NCBI RefSeq assembly: GCF_006345805.1 | Contig: NC_042998.1 | Location: forward strand, 55,118,001-55,182,000 | From: Octopus sinensis | Lineage: Eukaryota | Length of the DNA stretch: 64,000 bases | Direction of reading: 5' to 3' | Shown here: positions 13,926 through 26,874 of the stretch, one piece after another | How the letters are laid out: every line of letters starts with the position of its first letter | Numbering within the stretch: the first letter of the stretch is position 1 | Translations under genes and position numbers: made by a program | Notes under the pieces: generated by a model | What the model was told of the DNA's origin: nothing | What the model saw: the letters and a program-made list of their open reading frames with translations, nothing else | The model's database searches: none

Positions 13926-15375
13926 TTTTTTTTGTTTTCTTTTCATTTTTATTATTACTTTTTCTCTTGTATTTTGAATTTTTTAATAATTCTTAGTAGT
14001 TTTTGCAATATTCTCCTCAGATAGAATGTTAACCTTAGAAATACTGTATTATTTAACAAATCCTATCTTGTTCTGTTTGTTTCTGTGGTGATAGTATTCT
14101 GTACTAAAAGAAGAGAATAAAAGTGGAATTTGAGTGACAAAACTGATTATTCATATTCAGACTATGTTAGTTTATGCCCTTGTCAGTTATCAGCAATAAT
14201 TAACTAAGATTTGTTGCCACAAAGCATATAATCAGGACAAAATAGTATCAAAAATATATACATAAATACAGTGTAGAGATGGGGCTGGGTTCCCTGAGAA
14301 AATCTGCACTTTGCCTGCTGCAAGGCATCAATTGTCAAGTGATCAATCTTAATTCACACCAGATACATCATAATAACAGGGACTATAAAAGCATTATTGC
14401 TTTATTTAATTTTTTTTCTCCCTTTCCCTTCCTCTTAGCTATCAGTTCTTTCCTCATGTGAGAAGCTTGGTCATACTGGGAGTCAGTGAAACGAGGCTCT
14501 CTCAAACTTTCTGTTAACCTCTTATATAATTTTACTTATTACTGCTTCGCTCTTAGTCTAACCTTTCACAAACTGACTGACCCTTTTCTTCCTGCTTAGA
14601 TAAATTAAGAGAGTGTAGTTTATCATCTGTATATTCTTCAAAAAATAAAAAGAAAGAAAAGAAAGAAAAAAAGGAATATTTTGTTTTTATGTACTATTAG
14701 TTAGGTATGTGTACTTTATACAAAAACAAATTAGACATTAACGTATGGGGGCATATGTTTTCATTTAAGATGTCCATATGTTGTGACCTTTTTTCACTCC
14801 TAATGCACTAATTATGGAGTAGTTCTTCTCCCTTATTAAGTCTGCTTAATGAGTGTTATCTGTTATTTCTAAATTACGACGTTTGCCTAAAATGAGTTTG
14901 TTGATAATAAGCAGTTTTGTTAAATATGTAGCACACTTTGTTCACTTGCAATAATCTTTTTCTCATTTTACACACACACACACACCAATGGTTTTTGTAA
15001 AATGAGACAATATACAAAATGTCGGATTTCATATTTTTAGTCATTGTTTGTTTTTGCTTTTCAATTTGTTTACTAATACCAACTTTGTGTATGTACATGT
15101 GTGTGTGTCTGTGTGCAATACAATATCTTTTAACAAGATTTGAATTCAATTAACCAGAATCTTGTCTGCATACACAACACACATAAATGCACATACATCA
15201 TATGTAACTTTTATTCTTACAAGTTCTCACTTTTAAGGTATGCTTCCTTATTTTCTTAACAACTAAGTAAGGCCTTACTGACTGATAATGTAATAGTGTT
15301 CTGCTTGTTATTGCTCATTAGATTTATTTATGACGTGAACTTGGACACTGCCCATAAATATAATAGAGAGAGATA

Positions 15376-15425
<50 letters not shown>

Positions 15426-15679
15426 AAAACAGAGAGAGAGAGAGAGAGAAAAAAAAAAAACTGTTATAATTACTGATGCCAAGGTTTAGGTAATGTTACA
15501 AAAAAAGAGTTTTTGAAAAGTGTCATGATAATGAATAGTGTTCTCATTTTCAGGAAACTTTTATGAGAATTTTGTGACCCATGGGCATTTCTCTACCCTG
15601 CTCCCTCTTCTTGAAAATTATTTTCAGATGTAATGCTCTAGAAAAGGTTAAAGTAAAATAGGGCAAAAAAAAATTTCTG

Positions 15680-15715
<36 letters not shown>
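15680..15715 (+). repeat. 36-nt poly(A) run
   Basis: Directly visible, about 110 nt upstream of the acceptor at 15828. Confidence 0.95.
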
Positions 15716-15716
<1 letters not shown>

Positions 15717-15838
15717 CATGCTCAGGAGCTTCTAAACCAATTTATTTCGTATTCCTTATGTAATACTTTTCTATTTGTCTTCCCACATCATGAATATTTG
15801 CTTTAGCTCTAATTATTTTTCTTTTCAGAATCCCTCTC

Positions 15839-15887
15839 ATGTATAAAAAAAAATATTTACTTGTGTTTTCAGTTGTTATTGTGGCTG
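15839..15887 (+). CDS. Probable start-codon/signal-peptide exon of the crok-like gene (exon begins at 15829)
   Basis: Strong acceptor ttatttttcttttcag (AG 15827-15828), ATG at 15839, MYKKKYLLVFSVVIVA. A phase-1 splice to 21533 gives MYKKKYLLVFSVVIVAVYINSVQA|LNC, a textbook signal peptide. The donor is weak (CTG|GTGGTT at 15888 or GTG|GTTATT at 15891). Confidence 0.55.
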
Positions 15888-16282
15888 GTGGTTATTTCTA
15901 CAATCATCCAGATTTGTACATTGCTGTATTCATTCGTTGTGTAATGAGGGGTACTTTATCAAATGTTTTTTTTTGTTTTGTCAGATAGCAGATTGTGTGA
16001 TTTGAAAAAGATTTTTCTCTTTCGGGCAAATTTCAAAGATTTTGTTTTAGGCTTGATTTAACATCCTCATCATTTAATGACCACGCTTTTCCATATTTGC
16101 ATAAGTCAGTTGGATGCCTTTCTTGTCTCCAATCCTCACCTGTTTCCAGCAAGGTGAAATAGCCAAACATGCTTTTGTGGAAGGCTGGAAGCAAACAGCC
16201 TCACTTTTATGATGATAATGATGATGTCCATTTACAACCATATGTAATGTCAAAACAAGGTTACACACATATACATATAATA

Positions 16283-16437
16283 GGTGCAGGAGTGACTGTG
16301 TGGTAAGTAGCTTGCTTACCAACCACATGGTTCCGGGTTCAGTCCCACTGCGTGGTACCTTGGGCAAGTGTCTTCTGCTATAGCTGACCAAAGCTTTGTG
16401 AGTGGATTTGGTAGACGGAAACTGAAAGAAGCCCGTC

Positions 16438-16472
<35 letters not shown>

Positions 16473-16700
16473 GTGTGTATGTATATGTTTGTATGTATCT
16501 ATGTTTGTCCCCCCAACATTGCTTGACAACCGATGCTGATGTGTTTACGTCCTCGTCACTTTGTGGTTCAGCAAGAAAGACTGATAGAATAAGTACTAGG
16601 CTTATGAAGAATAAGTCTTGGAGTCGATTTGCTCAACTAAAAGCGGTGCTCCAGCATGGCCACAGTCAAATGACTGAAACAAATAAAAGAAAAAAGAAGA
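16283..16700 (+). mobile_element. SINE family B, bipartite (tRNA-like head, internal TA/TG microsatellite, conserved tail); best-preserved copy
   Basis: A-box-like tgactgtgtggtaag, B-box-like ggttcagtccc, tail ending ccagcatggccacagtcaaatgactgaaacaa; more than a dozen homologous copies in the window. Confidence 0.85.
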
Positions 16701-17743
16701 ATAATGCTTGAGAAACCTGCATGGTGTGGATGTGTCTCCAAAACAAAACTGGATTTCCTCCTGTCAAGGGTTCCAGATGAGCCTACCTCATAGCGGGAAA
16801 CACAGATGAGAGCAGCAGCATCAAATTCCCTCATTCACCAAATGTCACATATCAGAGGAGGTTTCAAATATTGGTGTAGCACAACCAGTGATGGTACCAC
16901 AGGATGACTGCAGCTTTGAAGCTGAAACAGTTTAAAGAGTTAAAGATTTATATATGTATGTGTTTGTGTGTGTGACAGTTTCTTTCAGTTTCCATCTATC
17001 AAATCCACTCATATGGTTTTGGTCAGCCTGGAACTTTAATCAAAGACACTTGTTCAAGGTGCCATATATTGGGAGTGAACCCACAACTGCACATCTGGAA
17101 AGTAAGCTTCTGAACCACACAACTATAGCTGCACCTGTGTGTGTGTGGTGCCACGTGAAAGAGCCCATACAGTGCTACATAAAACACTCAGCTCACTCTG
17201 TAAAGTTGTTGGTATTAAGAAGGGCATCCAGCTGTAGAAACCTTGCCAAATCAGACTGGAGTCTGGTGCAGCTCCCTAGCTTACCAGCTCTGGTCAAACT
17301 GTCTAACCCATACCAGCATGGACATCGGATGTTAAATGATGATATACATTAGAGATAACTGCTTAAAATGTTTGATTTCATCATTGAGAATACAATATCA
17401 GCCAAATAAATATGTGTCATTTCAAAATAATATAGGTAGGTGCAGACAGCTATGTGCTTAAGAAGTTTACTTTACTAAGTGGTTCCAAATTTGATCTCAT
17501 GGTATGGCATCTTGGACAAGTATCTTCTATTGTAGCCTTTAGTTAAGGAATATTTTGTAGGTGGAATTTGGTAGACAGAAACTGTGAAAACCTATCATTT
17601 TGTATGTACGCATGTCTGTTTTTGTATATATTGTAATAAAATACTGAGTTAAGTTGCATCCTTTTATACCAGAAGTTAACTTAGCCATTCAATAAAATAA
17701 GTACAGTGAGTCTGTATTTTATTTCACCCGATATAATGTTTAA

Positions 17744-17953
17744 CCCTTTCATTACCAATCCGGCTCTGGCTCTGAGTACAAATGTCTTATTTTCATAAGT
17801 TTTGAATTAAAATCTTCCACTAAACCTAAGTCCCAATTTATGTTCCTAACACTAGCTGAATGGTAACTAAGTTATTTTACTAAATTCTTTGTTATATTTA
17901 AAGTAATTTAAAGAAACACAGAGCATCTCAAAATAAATACGGTAACAAAAGGG
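17744..17953. mobile_element. piggyBac-type MITE (210 bp)
   Basis: TTAA|CCCTTTCATTACC ... GGTAACAAAAGGG|TTAA; 11 of 13 TIR bases match and TTAA target duplication is present. Confidence 0.8.
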
Positions 17954-20139
17954 TTAATATTACACTGTAGTAAATACTAGTCACTTTAATGATGCTTTTG
18001 TGACTATTTTCATTTCACCAAACTTTTAATGCTTGAAGATAAGTTATTGAGAGCAGCAAAGAATTCTTCTAACTTGTATCAGTCAGTTGCGATTTCCTGT
18101 TGTTTTTCTCAGTTTCATGAATGGAAAATGTTTGTTCACGTCAGTACATTGTTCTTAAATGACAGATATAACTTTGGGCAAATTTTCTTGGTTCAGAAAA
18201 AATGTTTATAGAACCTGTGATCACCAGAAATTAATCATGTCAGCAACATTTGGAACTGCGAGAAAAAGCTCATTAAATCCCATTTTCAATAATGAACTTG
18301 TTTTCGAGTCAATAAATTCAATTTGTATGCTACCAAGCAGCATTTCATGATTTTCGTTCACGAAGTGAAAATGGATTTTAACACAAATATGTGTTCATGG
18401 AAAGTGGACGTTAAACGACGATGATGATGATGTGTTGTCTTGTTTAGCAACTCACAAAAAGGATTTTTGAGTGCATCTTCCAATAACCTGATTTTTTGCA
18501 ACATATTTTGTAAAATTACTATTATCCTCAGCACATTCACCTTGCTCTTTTAAGTGAAGAAGCTGGTTCAATTCCTTTATTTTCTAGCTAAGTGTTGACC
18601 AGTTTTAATATCGTCATCAAAACCTTTGCCAATTTGCTGTGCTTGAGAAGACTCATCAAGCCAAATGAAATCATAGTTATGGTCAATGCCAGTGACACAT
18701 GTCACCATGCTGGTGACACATAAAAGACACCCACTACACTCTTGGAGTGGTTGGTGTTAGGAAGGACATCCAGTCATAGAAACCAAGGCAAATCAGACCA
18801 GAGCCCGATACAGCTCTCCGGCTTACCAGTCCCAGTTTAACTGTCTAACCTCTGCCAGCATGGAAAACGGATGTTAAATGATGTTGATAATGATGATGAC
18901 TATCATCCATTAACCTGGGAAACAATTTGTTCTTGCTCTGCAGTTTCAAATTTTAGATCATGGAGACAGTGAGCTAACAGAATCGTTAGTGTGTCAGACA
19001 AAATGCTTAGCACTATTTCTTTCAGCTTTACATTCTGAGATCAAATTCTGCCAAGGTCACCTTTACCTTTCGCCCTTTATCAGTTTAATGCTCAGGTATG
19101 ATAGGCATAAATGATACTTCTCATAAAAAAGTAGATGGTATAATTTTGTCAGGTCTATAAAAATGAATTTTTAAAAAATGGAAGAGTGTACAATTTTCTT
19201 ATTGTATCTGTTTTTACTTAGGTTTGTAATATTTCACATCATCATTGTTTAATGTCTGCCTTCCATGCTGACATGGGTTGGACAGTCTGACAGGAGCCAG
19301 CCAGGTAGAAGACTACACAAGGCTTCTGTATCTGTTTTGGCATGGTTGCCCTTCCTAACACCAACCACCCCACTGAGTGGACTGAATGCTTTTTACATGG
19401 CACCAGCCATCTATTATTGCAAAAAAATATATATACATTGGTGTGTTTCTAGAAACATTTTGTTTTAGTCTGTACAACTTATATGAAAATTGACAACTTA
19501 TTAATCAACTAATAACTCTACTTTGCAGTTTCAATTTTTTTCTTAAAAAAAGAATCCTTTTAGTAATTGTATAGGTCATCTTCTTTTCAGTAATTCCATT
19601 CTGTCATCAGTGTTCCAGTAATCATTCTTTGTTTCTGATTCACACTTTTTCCACAATTCTTTCCATTTTATCTCCTACATTTTCTGTCTGTAGAATTCAA
19701 AATCTCAAATCTGACAGCCAATCCATCAAAGCAACATTTTTCTCTTCAAATCATCTTTACTAGTCTTGGCAGCTTGATAGTTGTTGCCTTTATCCATGAA
19801 GAATCTTAACACTTCTTTTTTACTTTTCTTATCTTCTGCTTTCGTTCAGTCTGAGATATTCTGATGATTGAGCATCTGTGTGTATTGCTTTTCATAGTTC
19901 AGTAAATATTCATTTTGTGATATACATAGCACTCTTCTAAAACGGTCAGTAAAATTACTTATCAAGCCCATTTAAAAAAGAAAAGAAAAAAAATTTATGA
20001 AAACAAACAAGGCCATTCTAATTTTAGATTTCCAAAAATCTTTGAGGATACTTAAAAATATTTATATATTCCTAAACATTCAATTTGAAAAAGCCAACTG
20101 ACTGAAAGCTAGAGGTAGACCATGAACAAGATGGTCGGG

Positions 20140-20345
20140 TAAAGGTGGCGAGCTGGCAGAAACCTTAGCATGCTGAGCAAAATGCTTAGCAGTATTTTGT
20201 CTGCCGTTACGTTCTGAGTTCAAATTCTGCCGAGGTCGACGTTGCCTTTCATCCTTTTGGGGGTCGATGTAATTGACTTAATCCCTTTGTCAGTCCTTGT
20301 TTGTCCCCTCTATGTTTAGCCCCTGGTGGGCAATAAAGAAATAAG
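20140..20345 (+). mobile_element. SINE family C (tRNA-like head, about 200 bp); best-preserved copy
   Basis: ggtggcgagctggcagaaac ... ctgagttcaaattctgccgaggtcgac; homologous copies near 645(-), 2612(+), 9745(+), 18965(+), 26670(-), 36345(+), 44365(+), 44555(+), 55760(+), 56535(+). Confidence 0.85.
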
Positions 20346-21069
20346 ATGGTTGGTTAAATAAAACTGGTAGTCTCAGTCACTGAAAGAAGCTGTGGGCATA
20401 TGGTGTAGTGGTTCGAAATTTCCCCAAGACACCTGAAGAAGGCTGGAGGGTATATCAGCCAAAACGTTGTGTTAACAAACAAGATGAGGACAAATATCTG
20501 TTGAATGTAAATATTGTTCGCTATTATTATTATTGTTGTCATTATCATCGTCATCATTGTTGTTAGTATTATTGTAATATACATTCTGGTAAATGAAAAC
20601 ACTAATTAACAATTAAAAAAACAACCCATATTTTTCAAGGCATGAAAGAAATTTACAAAATGAAAGAATCTATCTAACCCAACTTTAGTTTTATAAGTCA
20701 ATGGATAAGTTATAGTTCAGTGTTTTGCTTATGGTTTGTAGAATTAACTGACTTTTAACCAAATGTCTGTTAAACTGATTCACAAAACATTTATTTTACT
20801 CAATATCTCATTCATCTTCATCTGATAGTCTTTTTAATTTTGATTATGTCTTTGTGTTTTTTTTTCTTATTGTTGTTATATTTAATTGATTTCAGTATAG
20901 AATGATTGATTGTAACTTGTCAACTATACACACACACATACACACACACATATGTGTATATAAGTAATACCTATGCCTAAAGATAGGTTTTTGCAAGACA
21001 AATATCTAAGTGGTCCATGTTATTTGAAATAATTTCTTTTCCGTTTGTTTTTTGCTCTCTAATTTATAG

Positions 21070-21470
21070 CTGTAAATATGGCTGTACGTTTTAAGAAGCT
21101 ATCTTTGGGACCATATGGTTTCAGGTTCAGTCCCATTGCATGGCACCTGTCTTGTAGTACAGCTCCAATCCAGGCCTACCAAAGCCTTGTGAGGGAATTT
21201 GGCTGATTGAAACTGTATGGAAAAATGGTGTGCATGCTTGTGTGTATGTGTGTGTTTCTGCTTGTATTTAATCTCCCATACCACTTGACAACCGGTGTTG
21301 GTTTGTTTATGTTCTTGTATTTACTGGTTTGGCAAAAAGGACCAATTGAATACAGTACCAGACTTAAAATAAATTTTTTTTAATATTGGTGTCAGTTTGT
21401 TCAACAAAAAACCTTTCAAGGCAGTGCTCCATCATGACTGCAGATTAGTGACTTGAAGGAGTATAAAAGA
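21070..21470 (+). mobile_element. SINE family B copy just upstream of exon 21533
   Basis: Diverged head ggttcagtccc and tail ending atgactgcagattagtgacttgaa. Confidence 0.75.
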
Positions 21471-21532
21471 TAAACCAAGATAAACCTTCTCTTACCTTTT
21501 CTGTTTTTTCTTTTCTCTTTCTCTCTTTTCAG

Positions 21533-21697
21533 TTTACATTAATTCTGTTCAGGCATTGAACTGCTATGTGTGTAATTCAACATTGGATGACAACTGCAAT
21601 GCAAAATTTGAAAAGACTGACATAAACCCAATAAAGCCGGAACCTTGTAATGTCTACAATGCCAAATATTGCATCAAAGTCTATGGAATGTGGGGAG
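21533..21697 (+). CDS. crok: Internal coding exon of a crooked-like Ly6/uPAR (three-finger) GPI-anchored protein; end of signal peptide plus Cys1-Cys5
   Basis: Long pyrimidine tract and AG (21531-21532), donor G|GTAAGT at 21698, 165 nt, phase 1/1. Translates (x)YINSVQA-LNCYVCNSTLDDNCNAKFEKTDINPIKPEPCNVYNAKYCIKVYGMWG and joins in frame to 52070. The symbol is a family-level assignment from recalled motifs. Confidence 0.93.
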
Positions 21698-21744
21698 GTA
21701 AGTTCTTAACAGCCAATAAAAACTTTTCATTATGTAAATGTGGT

Positions 21745-21965
21745 GCTAAGGTGGCGAGGTAACAGAATCATTAGCACACCGGGCAAAATGCTTAGCGGTG
21801 TTTTGCCTGCCACTACATTCTGAGTTCCAATTTCAGTGAGGTTGACTTTGCCAGTCATCTTTTCAGAGTCCTTAAATTAAATACCAGTGAAACATTGGGG
21901 TTGATATAATAGACTGGTCCCCACCCCCACAAATTTCAGGCCTTGTGCCTTTAGTAGAAAGGATT
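21745..21965 (+). mobile_element. SINE family C copy about 50 nt downstream of the exon donor
   Basis: aaggtggcgaggtaacagaatcattagcac ... ctgagttccaatttc. Confidence 0.8.
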
Positions 21966-22469
21966 ATATGATCTTTTAAATCAATTTAATACCAACTTGT
22001 CTGAGACTGCCTCCAGTCCCCTGATACAAACTTCCTGTTTTAAACTGATATGATAGAAAACCTTCCTTGAAAATTTCTTGTTAATTTCTTTCAAACATCA
22101 GCTTAATAGTGATATAGTTATTACCAAATTCTTCGTTCTTTTCAAAATTAATTAAAACAAAAACTGTATTTCTCAGCCTCAGAAATATAGTAAATAAAAT
22201 GGTTAAAATTTCAAAATACCCTTTTTTATAAATAGTACATGCACGTGTGTGTGTGTACGTGTATATATATATATAATATATATATATATATATGCTAGCA
22301 TGGAAAACGGACGCTAAAAATGATGACACGCACAGGTGAGCACAGAAGTGCAAAATGAGGTGGAAAAAACATTACTTGAATACCAAAGGTAGAGTATTCA
22401 TCACAACTATCTGCCGAATGAGAATGTGATAATTTTGAAATGCAGATGCATTTTCAAAAACAAATTCCG

Positions 22470-22585
22470 CCGACTAAATCCACTCTCAAGGCTTTGGTCA
22501 GCCTGAGGCTATAGTGGAAGACACTTGCCCAAGGTGTCACATAGTGGGACTGAACTCGGAACCATGTGCTTGGTAAGCAAGCTGT
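22470..22585 (-). mobile_element. SINE family B head, antisense
   Basis: Reverse complement of the head: gggactgaactcggaaccatgtg. Confidence 0.75.
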
Positions 22586-22669
22586 CGTGGAAGCAGTGCA
22601 AGTTTTGACTGAGGTGTTTAGGTGTTGGAAGATCTACAAATTGAAAAGAAGTGAATTTAACAGTATAGT

Positions 22670-22885
22670 GATTTCAAATTTTGGCATAAGGCTAGCAAGT
22701 TTGGAGAAGGCTTAATCGATTAAATTGACATCAGTATTCAGCTGGTACTTCTTTAATCGACCTTGAGAGTATGAAAGGTAAAGTTGACCTCGGTGGAATT
22801 TAACCTCAGAATGTAAAAACAGACAAAATACTTCTAAACATTTCGCCCAGTGTGCTAATGATTCTACCAGCTCACTACATTAACC
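22670..22885 (-). mobile_element. SINE family C copy, antisense
   Basis: Reverse complement: aaagttgacctcggtggaatttaacctcagaatg. Confidence 0.8.
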
Positions 22886-23929
22886 ATTAGGAGATGACAG
22901 GGCCAAATCTATTAGCCAAAAAGTCAAATGACAAAGAAGATTGTATTAGTTCATTCAATTTCCTACAAGAATATATATTTATAGTTGTATATATGTAAAG
23001 TAATTGCTTTATTTTTTTATAATTTTTTTTTCTAAATAAGTACATATCCTCTTTAAGGTTTGTGATAAGGGCTCTGTCTTCTTGGCACCGAAACTCCAAA
23101 TGAGACTCCTTCTCCAAAGAGTTAACAAAATGTGACATCTGCATATATATAATGTCTAATATACTATTAGACATTTATACACCTCTGCCTAAATAATATT
23201 AGGAATGCCATTGTTTATATGAAGTGTTCTTGGTGCTGGAAACCATAACAAAAGCCAAATTCAAATTGAGCGAAGGGTGTGACTGGGAGTGAAAGCAGAA
23301 ACTCTCCTTTGGAATGCTGGATATCTTGTAGAGAGAGCTTTCCTGGAATTGCCAGCAATGACACCTGGTAATTATATCATAACTCTTTCTGGAAAATTAA
23401 AAAGGGAAAATGTCCCAGAGAATTCAAAGCCATTATCATACTGACTGACAATTTTAGACTTTGCTGCTGCATTATAATTTTATTTTTTTATTTCATAAAG
23501 CACAAAATTAAAAGGGTTCATTTTGTACCTCATTTGTTTTGTATTAATCATACAAATGAGATATTTGTTTTGTTTTCTAAGCCTACTCTTCAGAATTATG
23601 TGAATTGAGGCCAATTGAATAAAGAAACCTATCAAAACCCTTTCAATTTACATCTTCATAACCTGTGAGCAAATGGATAGTCCAATATTTTATTCACTCA
23701 CTTATCTTCCCTTGTTTCTACGTCTGCTGACGTCTATGGACCACTTTGTTAAAATTTTTTAAAAATCTTGTTTAGACCAAAACTGATGAAATGCTAATTG
23801 TCATTCCTTCATTCTTAGAAATGGTAATTTGTATTCTTTTGTATTTTCAATGCTAGCTTTTTCAATATACTTACTTTTGAAATTCATTTCTTTCCCTTTC
23901 CTTAACAAATAAATCTGTCAATCAGGAAG

Positions 23930-25230
23930 AGTTGGCTGTAAACTAAGTGACAAATGTGGAGGGTTTCTCTGCAGCGATACTGCTCATCAGTGTAGTGAAC
24001 TGAGGAGAAGAGTGTCCTAAAAAGTTGGTGGACATCATTTTGTCAAGGAACCAAAGGGATCAGCTGCAGTTTGATGTGTGGGATAGCTTGAGAGCTACAA
24101 GATGCTTGAAGCATTCATGGGTTGGATAATGGCCTTGCAAATGTTGCATTGTTGGGTAAACATCACCCCATTGTAGGGTGTGGATGAGTTTTGCCAGATG
24201 TTATAGGCTTTGGTTTGTTTTTTTGCTTGAACAACTTCACCAAAATTGTAAGTGAATCTCCTTGGAACACTTGGAACATTGAATTTTTGTTGTGTGCAAG
24301 TCATAGGCAGACAAACTTCAAAGGATGATTTTAGTTACTCTCCTAGTTGTTCTGGAGTTTGGAAAGAAGCATATATGCTGCTAAGGATAGGTTGGTATCA
24401 AACTAGCAAAACTCCAACTATTTGACTGACTTGAAGTACCATAGTTTGAGAAACTTTAAGGCTTGAGTATTTGCAATGAGGCAGTAGTAGTTGACTTGAT
24501 GAGAGCAGAGATATAGTTTGGAATTAAGAAAAAAATTAAGGCTGTTTGGTGGTATGTGAATTTTGCCCTAAAATGTAAGTTGATGAGACAAGGTGATGGA
24601 GAAAGTGAAAGGTTGCAATAAATTTGGTTTCTGTTCATGACATCAGTGAAGAATGAATGAGAGAGCTATGAGAAGTTGTGAATGTTTAAGAGACTGGGAA
24701 TGATGATTCTACAAAATGGTAGAGTAAGATATATGTTTTCAATGCTGGATGAGATGTAATCTAAGAGATGCTGGTGGGTCAAGAAGTTAGGAAGAATAGA
24801 AGTTACAGATGTGTTTAGAGGTGGGAAACTTTGATTCAAGGTAAGTGAAAGTCATTATTTATGATATCCAAATGACAGAGGTGACTAACAGGCAGAGTGG
24901 TATCTATGTAAGTGCAGATGCCTGCCTTTCAAGGTGAAGTTAGAAGAGAGGGTGTAACCTAGGCAACTGTGATGAATTAAAAATAGGGATTAAGAGATTG
25001 ATATCTCAGAGAGGAAGGAATACAATGTTTGGTCTGAGATGATGAGCAGCATCTAGATTGGAAGGAATTCCATGGATATTGGAGAAGGAGGGGAGATTGT
25101 TTACTTCTGGTGTTTGGCATTTCAAGAAAAGAGTAGGGTAACAGTAAGTACATTGAAAGTTTATGGCAATGGTGCTAGTGAAAAGGAACACTTTGACATT
25201 TATGTTATATATATTCAATGTTTATTATAT
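23930..25230 (-). pseudogene. Highly degenerate LINE remnant (APE endonuclease region and downstream linker)
   Basis: Minus strand FSNIHGIPSNLDAAHHL-RPNIVFL resembles the NIRGLRSN...LFLSET start of LINE APE domains; further TKAYNIWQNSSTPYNGVMFTQ; many stops. Confidence 0.55.
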
Positions 25231-26874
25231 TAAAAAATAATCCAATTTAAGTTCATTCTTACATGATGTATACATGTTTTTCACTTGACACCATGTATAA
25301 TTGTGATTCATTTTTATTGCCATATCCTATTCTTATTCTGTTCATTCCTTAATCACCTATAAATTTTCTCTCTTGGTACCACCTATCAACAAAGATAGTT
25401 ATTTTATATCAATTCTTGCTGTTTTTTTCTGTGTACCTACACTGCTAGACTGTTGTCTTTTTCTTTGGAAAACATTTTGTTCCCAAATTTTCTTTTAGAT
25501 CTCAAGTTTGAGTTTAATATTTAGATATCTAGATAAAAGCTTTTATCATTTCAAGACTGTTTTGGCAAACAGTCCAGAGAAAAATATTCAACTTTTGCCC
25601 TTAAGTATTTAAGGATAATACTCTCTTCATGAAACTTTATTTCATGTGATTGTTATTTAATCTTGTTTTCCAAATCTCTTTAATGTATAAAAATTTCATG
25701 TCTATCAACTACACAGATATGTCAATCTGTCTGGACTTCAAAGTGTTTCATATATATTTATATACATTCATTCATATTATGATTTGGCGACTAAATTCTT
25801 CAAAATTGGACATCTAACATGAAAGAGTTTGTTCAGATTGTTTGTGATTCTGGACACAACCTTTATTGATTTTTATCTCAAAAATACAGACAAGAATCTA
25901 CTAGAATAACATTAATCTACCAGAATAACATTTTACCTTCTGAATTCAATCAAATTCCTCATTCATTCATCTACTGGTCATTTTAGTGAAATACACTGTT
26001 CTTTTTTTACCGTGAAGATGTTTTCATGTTTTACACCATGTTATTTACTGAATTTAATGTGAACTATAAAGTTTAGAGGTTTTAGTAATGTTGTTATTTT
26101 TTCTATTTTATTAGTTATTAATTGGTTACAAATTCCTTATTAATCTTCAAAGTTTGTTTATTATATTGTGTTAATTTATTACGTTATACTTCTAAGCAAG
26201 GTAAATAACTCCTGCATATGTTTGATTTCCTGACTAACAAGTTGAACTTAGCATTTTTGAGATATTTGGGAAATTGATTAGTGATTAGAATAGTTATCCT
26301 ATCAATAAAAAAATAAATAAATAAAATAAAATTAATTGCTCCAACAATGTTTTAGGATCACAAATGTTTAAAATCAACTCCAGTCATGTCTTAAAAAGAA
26401 ATTAATAATTATTAAGAGCAAAATTTAAAATAATAATAATAACAATAATAATTTATGATTTCTAATATTGATACAAAGCTGCACATTTTTGAAAAGAGCG
26501 ATAGTTGATTAAGTCACTCTCAGTACTTAGCTAGTACTTTATTGTCTCCAGAAAGATCAAGGGCAGAGTTGACTGACATTGGTAGTATTGAAAATAAGAA
26601 TGTAATTCCACTATACAATCTAATGCTACTGGATATTTTGTCTTGTATTTTACAATTTTGATAATGATAATGGTTTCAAATTTTGGCACAAGGTCAGCAA
26701 TTTTGGGAGAAGGGGTAACTCACATTCAACCCTGAAAGGATGAAAGGCAAAGTTGGCCATAGCAGAATTTGAACTCAGAACGTAAAAATGGATGAAATGC
26801 TACTAAGCATTTTGCCTGGTGTGCTAATATTTCTGCCAGCTTGCCACCTTAAATCACAATAATAATAATAATAA

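Noticed and set aside
19600-19860. Possible mariner N-terminal fossil on the minus strand (EVLRFFMDKGNNYQAAK)
   Set aside because: Only a vague resemblance; no TIRs or catalytic motifs seen
21551-21552. Alternative acceptor CAG| just before GCA TTG AAC
   Set aside because: It would need a phase-0 upstream exon; the AG at 21531 directly follows the pyrimidine tract and gives the phase-1 pattern usual for LU-domain genes
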